A stretch of 64,000 nucleotides of DNA, taken from the NCBI GenBank assembly GCA_043807425.1, contig JAZDFZ010000067.1:12545-76544 (forward strand), read 5' to 3'. Shown here piece after piece: positions 17,775 through 26,196 of the stretch. The position numbers and the translations under genes are program-made. The notes below the pieces were generated by a model, which saw nothing but the letters and a program-made list of their open reading frames with translations, was not told where the DNA came from and searched no databases. Within the stretch, counting starts at the first letter, position 1; the number at the start of each line of letters is the position of its first letter. The stretch comes from Actinomycetota bacterium. GTDB taxonomy: Bacteria; Actinomycetota; Geothermincolia; Fen-727; Anoxymicrobiaceae.

Positions 17775-19529
17775 TCAGTTGAACTTCGGGCCTAGGAAGA
17801 GCATCCGCAGCCCCTTCATCACGAACTTCGCCTTGCTGGCGGTGGCTTTCCGCGCCTCGAGGGAGACCTTGCCGTCGCGCTTCGAAGCCACCAGCAGGCG
17901 GTCCCACTCGCGGGAGGTCTTCGGGTAGTCCGAGCGGACGTGGTAGGTCGCCTGCCCGGCCACCCGGGTCTCAGTGCGTATGAGAGCGGCGTCCGCGGTG
18001 ATCCCGGCCAGCTCGACCATGGCGAGCGTCTCGTGGAGCCTCATCAGCTCGTGGGGGTTCGTCGCACGGGCCTGGGCGGCGCGCTCCGCTATCTCGGCGA
18101 CGCGGTCGCGTCCGGACCTCATCCCGTTCTCGTTCCTGGTAAGCCCGAAGTACCTGGTCATGGTGCGTTGAAGCTCGCGTTCCACTTCCGTCCAGCGGGG
18201 GCCGTCTTCGCGCCTGAGATAGGAGAACATCCGCTCGCGCGCCTCCTCGGCCTGCCCGTCCGCGCTCCCCGGCTCGACCGGCCGGGCATCCCCGAGGTAC
18301 TCCGCGATCCCCTTTGCGGCCCTCGCTCCACCCATCACCGCTCCCACGAACGCCATGCAGAGCGTAGCGCCGGAGTCGCCGGCGGCGAAGAGCCCCGGGA
18401 CGCCGGACTGCATGTCCGGCCTGTTGCAGATGTGCGGCAGGAGGGCGACCATGTGTATCTCGGCCTCCACCGCGTCGCGGCCGAGGACGATGCCCTTCTT
18501 CTCCACGTACCCATGCATGAGAGGCACCTCGTTGGACCAGGCGTTCTTCATCTCTGCGATGTCGGCGGGGGAGAGGCTGGATGTGTCTATGTAGATCGGG
18601 GCCCGACCCTCCAGGCTCTCACGGTGCATCCCATAGATGATGAGCTCGCGGGCCGGCGCGCCGAGCCGTGCTCCCAAGGGGTCGTACTTGCCCATGAACT
18701 CCTCGCCGAGCGCGTTCCTCAGCCTGCACCCGGCGCTGAGCAGCCCGGAGATGCCTGGAGTGGCCCAGTCGACCGGCGAGATGGTCGTCATCGCGAACTC
18801 CAGGCCGAAGACCTCTCCCCCCGCGTTCAGAGCGGCGACCTGCCCCTCCCCGGTCATGTAGGGATTGCTCGCGGTGTCGAAGGGCGCACCCGAGCAGTCA
18901 CGCAGCACCGGCTCCCAGAACCTGTCGCAGGTCCCCGTCGAGATGAGCACGGCGGGTGCGTCCACGCGGACGAACTGTCCCGTACGCGAGTTGAAGCCCA
19001 CCACGCCCGCCGCCCGCCCGCCGTGGGTGAGCACCTCCTGCGCGCTCGTGCGCTCGAGCGCGATCGCCCCGAGCTTCTTGAGGCGCGCGGCCAGTATCGG
19101 TTTTATCTCGGCCCCCTCGATCCAGAGCGCCGAGCCGCCGGCCGCGTTCACCAACCTCAGCGCCCCTTCTGAGTCCCTGACCCCGATCCCCAGGCTCTCG
19201 AGCTTCATCAACCCCTCGTAACCTTCCTCCATGATCTCGGGGCCGAAGAAGTCCGTCATACCGGCTTCGCACCTGCCGGTCAACTGCGGGAGGATGATGT
19301 TCTGGAAGACCTGCATGAAGAAGCGCTTCTTCCGGGTGAAGAACTTCGGTGAGACGGCGATGTAGTGGTCCATGCCGGTGGCCGCGTTGCCGCCGCGTTT
19401 GAGCGTGGACTTCTCGATGACCGCGACCTTCAGGTCGGGGTTCGACTCCAGCAGATGCAGCGCGGTCATGCAACCAGCCACGCCACCGCCCACGATCGCT
19501 ACGTCCGCCTGGACCCGTGTTTCAGACAT
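17775..19529 (-). CDS. FAD-binding flavoprotein oxidoreductase (fumarate reductase/succinate dehydrogenase/AprA-like superfamily)
   Basis: N-terminal ADVAIVGGGVAGCMTALHL FAD-binding motif. 584 aa. 9 nt downstream of a 2[4Fe-4S] ferredoxin gene on the same strand. Confidence 0.65.
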   Translation of the reverse strand: MSETRVQADVAIVGGGVAGCMTALHLLESNPDLKVAVIEKSTLKRGGNAATGMDHYIAVSPKFFTRKKRFFMQVFQNIILPQLTGRCEAGMTDFFGPEIMEEGYEGLMKLESLGIGVRDSEGALRLVNAAGGSALWIEGAEIKPILAARLKKLGAIALERTSAQEVLTHGGRAAGVVGFNSRTGQFVRVDAPAVLISTGTCDRFWEPVLRDCSGAPFDTASNPYMTGEGQVAALNAGGEVFGLEFAMTTISPVDWATPGISGLLSAGCRLRNALGEEFMGKYDPLGARLGAPARELIIYGMHRESLEGRAPIYIDTSSLSPADIAEMKNAWSNEVPLMHGYVEKKGIVLGRDAVEAEIHMVALLPHICNRPDMQSGVPGLFAAGDSGATLCMAFVGAVMGGARAAKGIAEYLGDARPVEPGSADGQAEEARERMFSYLRREDGPRWTEVERELQRTMTRYFGLTRNENGMRSGRDRVAEIAERAAQARATNPHELMRLHETLAMVELAGITADAALIRTETRVAGQATYHVRSDYPKTSREWDRLLVASKRDGKVSLEARKATASKAKFVMKGLRMLFLGPKFN

Positions 19530-19538
19530 CGTGCACTC

Positions 19539-19733
19539 CTAAACCTCGAAGTTGAAATGGACCTCGATGGCACCGGCGTGGCACTCCAGCATGCACACCC
19601 CGCAGATCCAGCACTCGAGGGGGTAGGCCGCAACCGGGACGCCCTCCCTCATCTCCAGGATGTCGCCGGGGCAGTATTTCGCGCAGGCTCCGCAGCCGTC
19701 GCACCTCCCGGCGTCGACCTCTATGCGTTCCAT
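19539..19733 (-). CDS. 2[4Fe-4S] ferredoxin (64 aa)
   Basis: Two cluster motifs, CDGCGACAKYCP and CWICGVCMLEC. Confidence 0.7.
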   Translation of the reverse strand: MERIEVDAGRCDGCGACAKYCPGDILEMREGVPVAAYPLECWICGVCMLECHAGAIEVHFNFEV

Positions 19734-19739
19734 GTCACA

Positions 19740-20411
19740 TCACTCCTTCGGCGTATCAGCCCGTGAAGTCCCGTTCCACGCGTATGCACCCGCCATCTCG
19801 GCGAGCCTCGGCTCCAGGTCGGGCCTCGCCTCGTCGGAGACTATTCCGGCGAACAGTATCCGGGCGATCTCGACGAACGCTCCGGTCGCGTTCATGTCGA
19901 GCCTTGCGAGGCTCGGGGGGCTGAGAATGTCGAACACGGAGTTGGAGATGACCAGCCCGAGTATCCTGGGATCCACCTCGGGGCGGAAGACCCCGGCTTC
20001 GACCCCCTGCCGCAGGAGCTCGGAAAGCCTGACGTCGAACTGCTGCTTCTTGAGTTCAAGGACGATTATCTGGACGCCCGGGAACCGGTGCTCGATGTCG
20101 TCGATCAGCGGCTGGCCTATCCGGGAGAGCTCGTACCCGGCTATCATCGCCAGGCGGCCGAACTTCTCCACGAAATCCAGCTCGACATCCGAGAGGACCA
20201 GGTCGATCTCCGCGTTCACGCGGGAGACGGAGTCGGCCACCACCTCGAAGAGCAGGTTCTTCTTGGAGGGGAAGTTCTTGTACAGGGTCTTCTTGCTGAC
20301 TCCGAGCGCGGCCGCGATGTCGTCCATCCTGACCTTGTTGTAGCCGACCGTGAAGAACCGGTGGCGCGCCTCGTCGATTATCCTGGCCCTCGTCTCGTCG
20401 TTACCGGCCAT
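19740..20411 (-). CDS. TetR/AcrR family transcriptional regulator
   Basis: N-terminal HTH TRARIIDEARHRFFTVGYNKVRMDDIAAALGVSKKTLYKNFPSK. Start at ATG 20411, preceded by GAGGGAGAAAGG. Confidence 0.8.
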   Translation of the reverse strand: MAGNDETRARIIDEARHRFFTVGYNKVRMDDIAAALGVSKKTLYKNFPSKKNLLFEVVADSVSRVNAEIDLVLSDVELDFVEKFGRLAMIAGYELSRIGQPLIDDIEHRFPGVQIIVLELKKQQFDVRLSELLRQGVEAGVFRPEVDPRILGLVISNSVFDILSPPSLARLDMNATGAFVEIARILFAGIVSDEARPDLEPRLAEMAGAYAWNGTSRADTPKE

Positions 20412-20494
20412 TCGAGCCTTTCTCCCTCGCCGCAGATCGACCGGAAAACTGCGGGGCTGAGAGCCCCGCCTCAAATGCTCCTGATTGACCCCGT

Positions 20495-20523
20495 GTAGCA
20501 AAAGTGCCTGACCCTTTTGCTAC
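20495..20523. repeat. palindromic hairpin GTAGCAAAAGTGCCTGACCCTTTTGCTAC, related to the 17744-17770 terminator
   Basis: Shares the CAAAAG-G(T/C)C-TGACCCTTTTG core with the 17744-17770 palindrome. Located 84 nt upstream of the TetR start. Confidence 0.5.
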
Positions 20524-20535
20524 ACTTTGGCGAAT

Positions 20536-20563
20536 GGAAACTATTGTCATGTGATTAGTTTCC
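20536..20563. promoter_or_regulatory. candidate TetR operator (inverted repeat GGAAACTA-N12-TAGTTTCC) in an AT-rich upstream region
   Basis: 8-bp perfect inverted-repeat arms about 125 bp upstream of the TetR start. Lies in an unusually AT-rich 20520-20630 segment. Confidence 0.3.
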
Positions 20564-20778
20564 TACAGGATAACCAATACTGTCAATAGGTAAAGCAATA
20601 ATAACCAGGGAAATCGGCCACAATTGCCTGTATAGTGCAAGCCGGGGATGGTGGTTCAGCCGTTCGCCTTCACCGGGAATATCAGGAAGGTGGAGCTGCG
20701 CCTGGAGGGGGACGAGCACTACGACGCCGAGGCTCACGCGCGCATCGCCCAGTACAAGCAGTAGGCCCGCCCGCGGGC

Positions 20779-22401
20779 TCAGCGGTTCACAGGGTAGTAG
20801 CAGTAGACCTCTCCCGAGGGGTCGTCTTCCGCCGAGAAGCCCCCCACGAGCCGGAAGGGCACCCGCCCGCTCCTGCCTATGAGGAGAGAGAAGCTCGCGC
20901 CCGGAGGCAGGTAGACGGGCGTGTCGATCCCGTCGATCGAGAGTGCCTGCTCGTGGTCCGTGCCGTTGGACCATGTGACGGTGCGGCCTACCCAGCCCAG
21001 CGCCTCTCGGGGAGTGACGACGAATCCGCCTTCCGAGCCTGTGTAATCGGGGCTGATGTAGACCGTGCTACCTCCCTCCGACGGCTGCTGCGCCACCACG
21101 TTCGGTTTCCCCTCGTAGCGGTCCTTGTAGAGCCTGACGGGCAGGAAGTTGCTCCCGGTGCTTATCGCCATCGGGACCGTCATCATGACGATGATGAAGA
21201 GGTAGGCGACGGCCTGTCCGTATCTCTCCGAGAAGGTGCGCGACCTCACCACCTCCCGGTACCGGGCGGCCGCCTGGCTCGTCAAAGCCTCGATGCGGTG
21301 GTTCATGGCCTCGACCCCGGGGCCCGGGGCGACCACGCCGTCCACCGGCAACCTCAGCGCCTCCATCCTGTCGACGAGCTTACCGCGGGCCCCGAAGGAC
21401 TTCCTGATCGGGACGAACATGAACCGCGAGATGTGGTAGGTCCCGGGACCCCAGAGGCGTCGCTCGGCGGAGTTCGCGGCGCTGTATGCGAGCGCCCTCT
21501 GTATGGCCGAGGCGACGAGGACCGGATCGGACACCACGCGTGCGGCCTGCCGGTCGGCGTAGACGCAGGTGGCTTCCGGCATCAGCCTGTAGACCCCCCA
21601 CCAGCACCACAGCTTGAACACCGCCCAGAGACAGGCCAGAAGGATAGTGAACACCGGGAGAAAAGACATGCTGCCCGTGATCGGGATCGACATCAGGATG
21701 ATCGACATCATGACGTAGAAGATGAGGAACGCCGTGGCGAAGCCCCCGAAGGACTGGGCCGAGGCGGCGAGGTTCCTGACCTTGAACTCGCCGGCCTCCC
21801 GGTGGTAGAGCTCGTGGACCATCGCGGCGAGCAGCTCCTGGCGGTCCATGCTCTCGACGAGCCCACGGGGGGCCGCGGTCCAGGAGCACAGACCCTCTAT
21901 CTCGCCAGAGAAGAAGTTGTAGGGGACGCTGTCGACCAGGAGGACCACGTCGAAGCGCTCGCCCGTCGCGATAGAGGCTTCGGCGTTCGCCTCGCTCAGC
22001 CTGGCCCAGCCGGGATCGTCACCCGGTGCGAGAGAGAGGCGGAAGGTGCCGTACATGACGCCCGTCCTCAGGGGCAGCAGGGCCGCGATGGAGCGGGCCT
22101 TCCTGTGCGGGGGCGCGTCGGCGGGGAGGCTCGCCAGGTCGGCCGCCGCCTTCCTCTTCGCCCGCCTGGTTATCCTTCTCGCGCGCGAGAACGTGCTGAA
22201 GAACAGGAAGACGACCGCGTAGGCGACAGGCAGGAGCGTGAACACGGCGAGGACCATCCTCCGTTCGGTCTGGGCGCCCGACAGCGCCTGGGAGACCAGC
22301 CACAAGACAAGCGAGATGAAACCGCCGAAGAAGAGTAGGTTCGCAAGCACGAGTACCACCCTGGCCCTGCGCGTCCGCCTCTGCAACTCCTCCAAGGACA
22401 C
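20779..22401 (-). CDS. polytopic membrane metalloprotease-like protein (HExxH, M48/M56-like topology) with C-terminal cupredoxin-like domain
   Basis: HELYH zinc motif in a loop between TM helices. ~7 TM segments. C-terminal ~130 aa resemble a degenerate cupredoxin fold: TVTWSNGTDHEQ...PGASFSL...YCYYPV. Confidence 0.5.
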   Translation of the reverse strand: MSLEELQRRTRRARVVLVLANLLFFGGFISLVLWLVSQALSGAQTERRMVLAVFTLLPVAYAVVFLFFSTFSRARRITRRAKRKAAADLASLPADAPPHRKARSIAALLPLRTGVMYGTFRLSLAPGDDPGWARLSEANAEASIATGERFDVVLLVDSVPYNFFSGEIEGLCSWTAAPRGLVESMDRQELLAAMVHELYHREAGEFKVRNLAASAQSFGGFATAFLIFYVMMSIILMSIPITGSMSFLPVFTILLACLWAVFKLWCWWGVYRLMPEATCVYADRQAARVVSDPVLVASAIQRALAYSAANSAERRLWGPGTYHISRFMFVPIRKSFGARGKLVDRMEALRLPVDGVVAPGPGVEAMNHRIEALTSQAAARYREVVRSRTFSERYGQAVAYLFIIVMMTVPMAISTGSNFLPVRLYKDRYEGKPNVVAQQPSEGGSTVYISPDYTGSEGGFVVTPREALGWVGRTVTWSNGTDHEQALSIDGIDTPVYLPPGASFSLLIGRSGRVPFRLVGGFSAEDDPSGEVYCYYPVNR

Positions 22402-22497
22402 CCCCCCGGAATGTCAACCCGGCCCGGACGGTCTAACGAACCTGACTTTGCCGCCGTGTTACCATTGGAAGTGTTGTATCACATTGGAGGTCATGAA

Positions 22498-23748
22498 GTG
22501 CCGAAAAGATCCATCGTCCTCGCGCTCCTCGCGCTGACGTGTCTGGCCGTCTGCTCGTGTGGCGGAGGAGGGACCGCCGTAACGGACAGCGGCTTGGAGC
22601 TGGTGAGAAGCTACCCCGACAGCGCGCCGGAGGCGACAGGTGTCCTCGACCAGGGCACGCTGTACAAGGCGGGCAAGATAAACGTGGTGGTGCTCCAGGG
22701 AACCTACGAGCAGATGGGCCGCCAGTACGGGGCCCTGCTGAAGGACGAGCTCAATGATGACTACAACGGCATGGTGAAAGGGCTGGAAGGGCTCGAGGAC
22801 ATGGCTCTCGAGGACGTACAGGAGTTCGCGGAGGATGCCTACAAGGACTACCCTCAGAAGTACAAGGAGATCATCAACGGGCTGGCCGAGACATCCGAAC
22901 TGGGGCTGGAGAAGGCCAAGGCACTAAACATGCAGGAGCTCTACATCAGCGCCGCCCTGGGCCGGTGGGCCAGGGAGCACATGGGGAAGTGCTCCGGGTT
23001 GGCCGCCTGGGGGCCCTACACGTCAGGTGGGCCTCTGGTCTTCGGGCGCAACTACGACCTGGGCTTCTTCAATCACGAGTACGTGACCCTGACCGTCTAC
23101 AACCCGATAGACGGAAGCCTCCCGACCGCGAACCTCACCTTCGCCGGGTGCATCTACGTGACAAGCGGGATGAACGCATCGGGTGTCTTCCTGGAGCTGA
23201 ACAACGGCTCGGGCTCGGACCCGAGCGATATGACGGCCTCGCGCCCCTGGGCGCCCGCGCTTCTCTTCTCGTTCCTCGAGCAGTCGACCTCGCTCGAGCA
23301 GCTCGCCTCCTACTTCAGCTCAACCACCCCGGACCTGGCCTACATCGTGCAGGGCGCGGACAGGGAATCAGCGGTCTCCTTCGAGTGGTCCACCGGCGGG
23401 GTGAAGGTGAGGGGGCCGGACGGAGAGGGACTCATGGCAGCCACCAACTATTTCGTGGACCCCGCCTGGGGACTACCGCCACCGGAGGACGGCGTCGACT
23501 TCTCGGTCACGCGCAGGGAGAACCTGCTGGCGCTGGCCGAGCAGAACAAGGGGAACATGACGCCGGAGACCATGATGAAGGTGATCTCCACCCCACTGGA
23601 GCAGGATGGCTCCGGCGGAGCATTCCGTGCGCCGAACCTCACCAGCTACGAGATAGTGGCGCAGCCGGCCACCCTCACCATGTGGGTCCGCGTGCCGGAG
23701 TACCAGGACTGGGTCGAGATCGACCTCGAGCCGTTCTTTCTCCAGTAA
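22498..23748 (+). CDS. C45-family / Ntn-hydrolase-like lipoprotein (acyl-CoA:6-APA acyltransferase-like)
   Basis: GTG 22498 sits 8 nt after GGAGG. Lipoprotein signal LALLALTCLAVCSCGGGG. Candidate N-terminal nucleophile Cys in GKCSGLAAWG, plus an FGRNYD-type motif. Confidence 0.55.
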   Translation: MPKRSIVLALLALTCLAVCSCGGGGTAVTDSGLELVRSYPDSAPEATGVLDQGTLYKAGKINVVVLQGTYEQMGRQYGALLKDELNDDYNGMVKGLEGLEDMALEDVQEFAEDAYKDYPQKYKEIINGLAETSELGLEKAKALNMQELYISAALGRWAREHMGKCSGLAAWGPYTSGGPLVFGRNYDLGFFNHEYVTLTVYNPIDGSLPTANLTFAGCIYVTSGMNASGVFLELNNGSGSDPSDMTASRPWAPALLFSFLEQSTSLEQLASYFSSTTPDLAYIVQGADRESAVSFEWSTGGVKVRGPDGEGLMAATNYFVDPAWGLPPPEDGVDFSVTRRENLLALAEQNKGNMTPETMMKVISTPLEQDGSGGAFRAPNLTSYEIVAQPATLTMWVRVPEYQDWVEIDLEPFFLQ

Positions 23749-23924
23749 TCCCGGGACGCCGGGCGGTGTGAGGATGACAACGCCGCCTATTCCGAGCGTC
23801 CTGTAAACCTCGATCCATTTCAGTTCTCTGGTGGCCATCACTTTATCGACCGGCCCGCGGGCCCGCTCCCGGGATCCGCCGGTCCTCCCCGGCCGAGTCC
23901 CGTTCGGCGGGCTGCCCCGTGATG

Positions 23925-26150
23925 TCAGGTCTCAGGTTTGGCTCCGTACACCGCGCACATCTCTCTGAGCAGTGACAAGAGATCGTCCGGGTGCCGCAGG
24001 CCGAATCCGGCCCTGGATCTCAGCGGCCCGATGCTGACTGTGTAGGCACCCTCCGGCAGGGCCGCGAACAGGTCCTCGTCCGTGCGGTCATCACCGGCCG
24101 CGAAGATGAAGTCGGGTTGTTCTCCGGCCATGGTCTCGAGCGCGGCCGAACCCTTGTCCACGTCCTTGCTACGGACCTCAACCACCTTCCTGCCCTGCAT
24201 CACCTGGAGGTTCGTGTTCGCGGTGAACTGCATGAGGTCGTCCACGAGTTTCTTCGCCATGACCGCTCCGAATTCCGGGTCACTGCGTCGGTAGTGCCAG
24301 GCGATCGAGTATCGCTTTTCCTCCACGAAGGAGCCCGGCAGCCTGCGCGCGCTCCTGTTCAGGATCGGCGCGACGCGGGATTTCCATTCATCGGATACGT
24401 GCCTGATCGGTTCCCACTCGCCGTTCCGTCTCCTGATGGAGGCGCCGTGCTCCGCTATCAGGTGAATATCGAGATCGCCGAACCAGTCCTCCAGCGTAGG
24501 CATGTCCCGACCGCTCGCCATCACCACGTCCGTACCGGGAACTGCGGCAAGACACCCCAGTGTCTCCAGCAACCCGGCCGGGGGCACGGCCGCTTCGGGG
24601 ACCTCTTCGATCGGGACCAGCGTTCCATCGTAGTCCAGAAGCATGAACCGCCTCGAGGCGGCGCCGAACGCGGCGAGCAGGTTATCACGCGTCGGGCCTT
24701 CGAGGAGGAGCTTCGCGGAGTCCGGCCGGGCGCCGTGTACCGAGGCGACGGAAGAAAGGAAATCATCTCCCCATTCCGTGAGACTATACTCCTGGAGCCG
24801 CTTCCTCATGATGCGGTTCCGACGCACCTGCTCTTCGACCGGCATCTCCACGGCTTCGATCAGTGCGGCCACCACGCCCTCTACGTCGTTGGGATTCACC
24901 AGGAGCGATTCACCCAGTTCCTTGGCCGCTCCGGCCATCTCGCTCAGCACCAGGACCCCCGTCCCGTCGTTCCGCGCCGCCAGGAACTCCTTTGCGATGA
25001 GGTTCATGCCGTCTCGGATTGGTGTGATGAGAGCCACGTCCCCGATGCAGTAGAAAGCCACGAGGTGATCGAAATCGAGCCACTTGTACTGGAAGAATAT
25101 CGGTACGTGGTCGATCGACCCGAACTCGCCGGATATCCTGCCGACCAGCTCGTTGATTTCCCGTCTCATCTGCCTGTAGTGACTCGCATCCCCCCTGGAC
25201 GGTACGACCACCATGACCAGCACTACCTCGGTCCGCCAACGGGGATTGTTCCTGAGGAAGGAGTCGAACGCGAGCAGCCTGTTCTTTATCCCCTTGGTGT
25301 AATCCAGCCTGTCGACCGAGACAATGACCTTCTTCCCGTGGGTCTTCTGCCTGAGCCCCGAGAGGATCCCTTTGACATGCCCGGTCCCGGAGGCGTCCGA
25401 GAACCTGCCGAAGTCGATTCCCATCGGGAAGGTATCCGCCTCCACCACCCTGTCTACCAGGTTGAGCCTGCCCAGGTCGTTCTCCAGGCCGAGGACGTTG
25501 AGGACGCACCGCAGGAAGTACTGGGTGTAGTCGTGGGTGTGAAACCCGATGAGATCCGAGCCCAGCATCCCCCGCAGCAGGTCCTCGCGGCACCGGGAGG
25601 GCAGAAGCCGGAATATCTCGTAGGAGGGGAAGGGGATGTGAAGGAAGAAGCCGATCGGGACCTCGGGCATCGCCTTCCTGACAATGCCGGGCACGAGCAT
25701 CAACTGATAGTCGTGCACCCACAGGGTGTCTCCGGGCTCCAGATCGCTCAGCGCCGCCTCGGCGAAACGGTCGTTCACATCTCGGTAGGCTCGCCACTGG
25801 GTACTTTCGAAAGACGCATAAGAAGGGAAGTAGTGGAACAGCGGCCAGATGTTCGAGTTGCAGAAGCCCTCGTAGTAATCCTTGAACTCCGACTCCGCGA
25901 GGAAGACCGGCCTGCTCGAGTACTCGCCGCGCAGGCGCCTTTCGACCACCTCTTTCTCCGCGCTGGACCTGGGGGCGATACCGGGCCATCCGATCCAGAT
26001 GTATCCCGGCGGGCCGTCCGCTCGACCCTCCAGGTAGTCCTCGAGTCCCGAGGTGAGCCCCCCGACGCTACGGTGGAACCCGAGTCCCCCACCGTGTCTC
26101 GAGACGGTCACGGGCCCCCTGTTCGACACTACGACGATCCTTCCGGCCAC
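23925..26150 (-). CDS. bifunctional trehalose-6-phosphate synthase / trehalose-6-phosphate phosphatase (OtsA-OtsB fusion, GT20+HAD)
   Basis: GT20 N-terminal motifs RIVVVSNRGPV, IWIGWPG, LWVHDYQLMLVP. C-terminal HAD phosphatase motifs LLDYDGTL and AAGDDRTDE. Start placed at internal GTG 26150 (GAGAGAGAGGG SD) instead of track ATG 26240, which removes the overlap with the next gene. Confidence 0.8.
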   Translation of the reverse strand: MAGRIVVVSNRGPVTVSRHGGGLGFHRSVGGLTSGLEDYLEGRADGPPGYIWIGWPGIAPRSSAEKEVVERRLRGEYSSRPVFLAESEFKDYYEGFCNSNIWPLFHYFPSYASFESTQWRAYRDVNDRFAEAALSDLEPGDTLWVHDYQLMLVPGIVRKAMPEVPIGFFLHIPFPSYEIFRLLPSRCREDLLRGMLGSDLIGFHTHDYTQYFLRCVLNVLGLENDLGRLNLVDRVVEADTFPMGIDFGRFSDASGTGHVKGILSGLRQKTHGKKVIVSVDRLDYTKGIKNRLLAFDSFLRNNPRWRTEVVLVMVVVPSRGDASHYRQMRREINELVGRISGEFGSIDHVPIFFQYKWLDFDHLVAFYCIGDVALITPIRDGMNLIAKEFLAARNDGTGVLVLSEMAGAAKELGESLLVNPNDVEGVVAALIEAVEMPVEEQVRRNRIMRKRLQEYSLTEWGDDFLSSVASVHGARPDSAKLLLEGPTRDNLLAAFGAASRRFMLLDYDGTLVPIEEVPEAAVPPAGLLETLGCLAAVPGTDVVMASGRDMPTLEDWFGDLDIHLIAEHGASIRRRNGEWEPIRHVSDEWKSRVAPILNRSARRLPGSFVEEKRYSIAWHYRRSDPEFGAVMAKKLVDDLMQFTANTNLQVMQGRKVVEVRSKDVDKGSAALETMAGEQPDFIFAAGDDRTDEDLFAALPEGAYTVSIGPLRSRAGFGLRHPDDLLSLLREMCAVYGAKPET

Positions 26151-26196
26151 CTCGGCCCTCTCTCTCGTGTTCTCGTCCGGGCTCCGTCGGTCCTCT

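Noticed and set aside
17775-19733. Calling the ferredoxin/flavoprotein pair adenylylsulfate reductase AprBA
   Set aside because: Gene order and N-terminal motif resemble AprBA. However the ferredoxin is 64 aa (AprB is ~150 aa with a characteristic tail) and the flavoprotein is ~70 aa shorter than AprA. No other sulfate-reduction genes are present.
20635-22338. 567-aa plus-strand ORF overlapping the HExxH membrane protease gene
   Set aside because: Arg/Gly/Asp-rich low-complexity translation with no motifs, typical of the antisense frame of a GC-rich gene. The minus-strand product has coherent TM topology and an HExxH motif.
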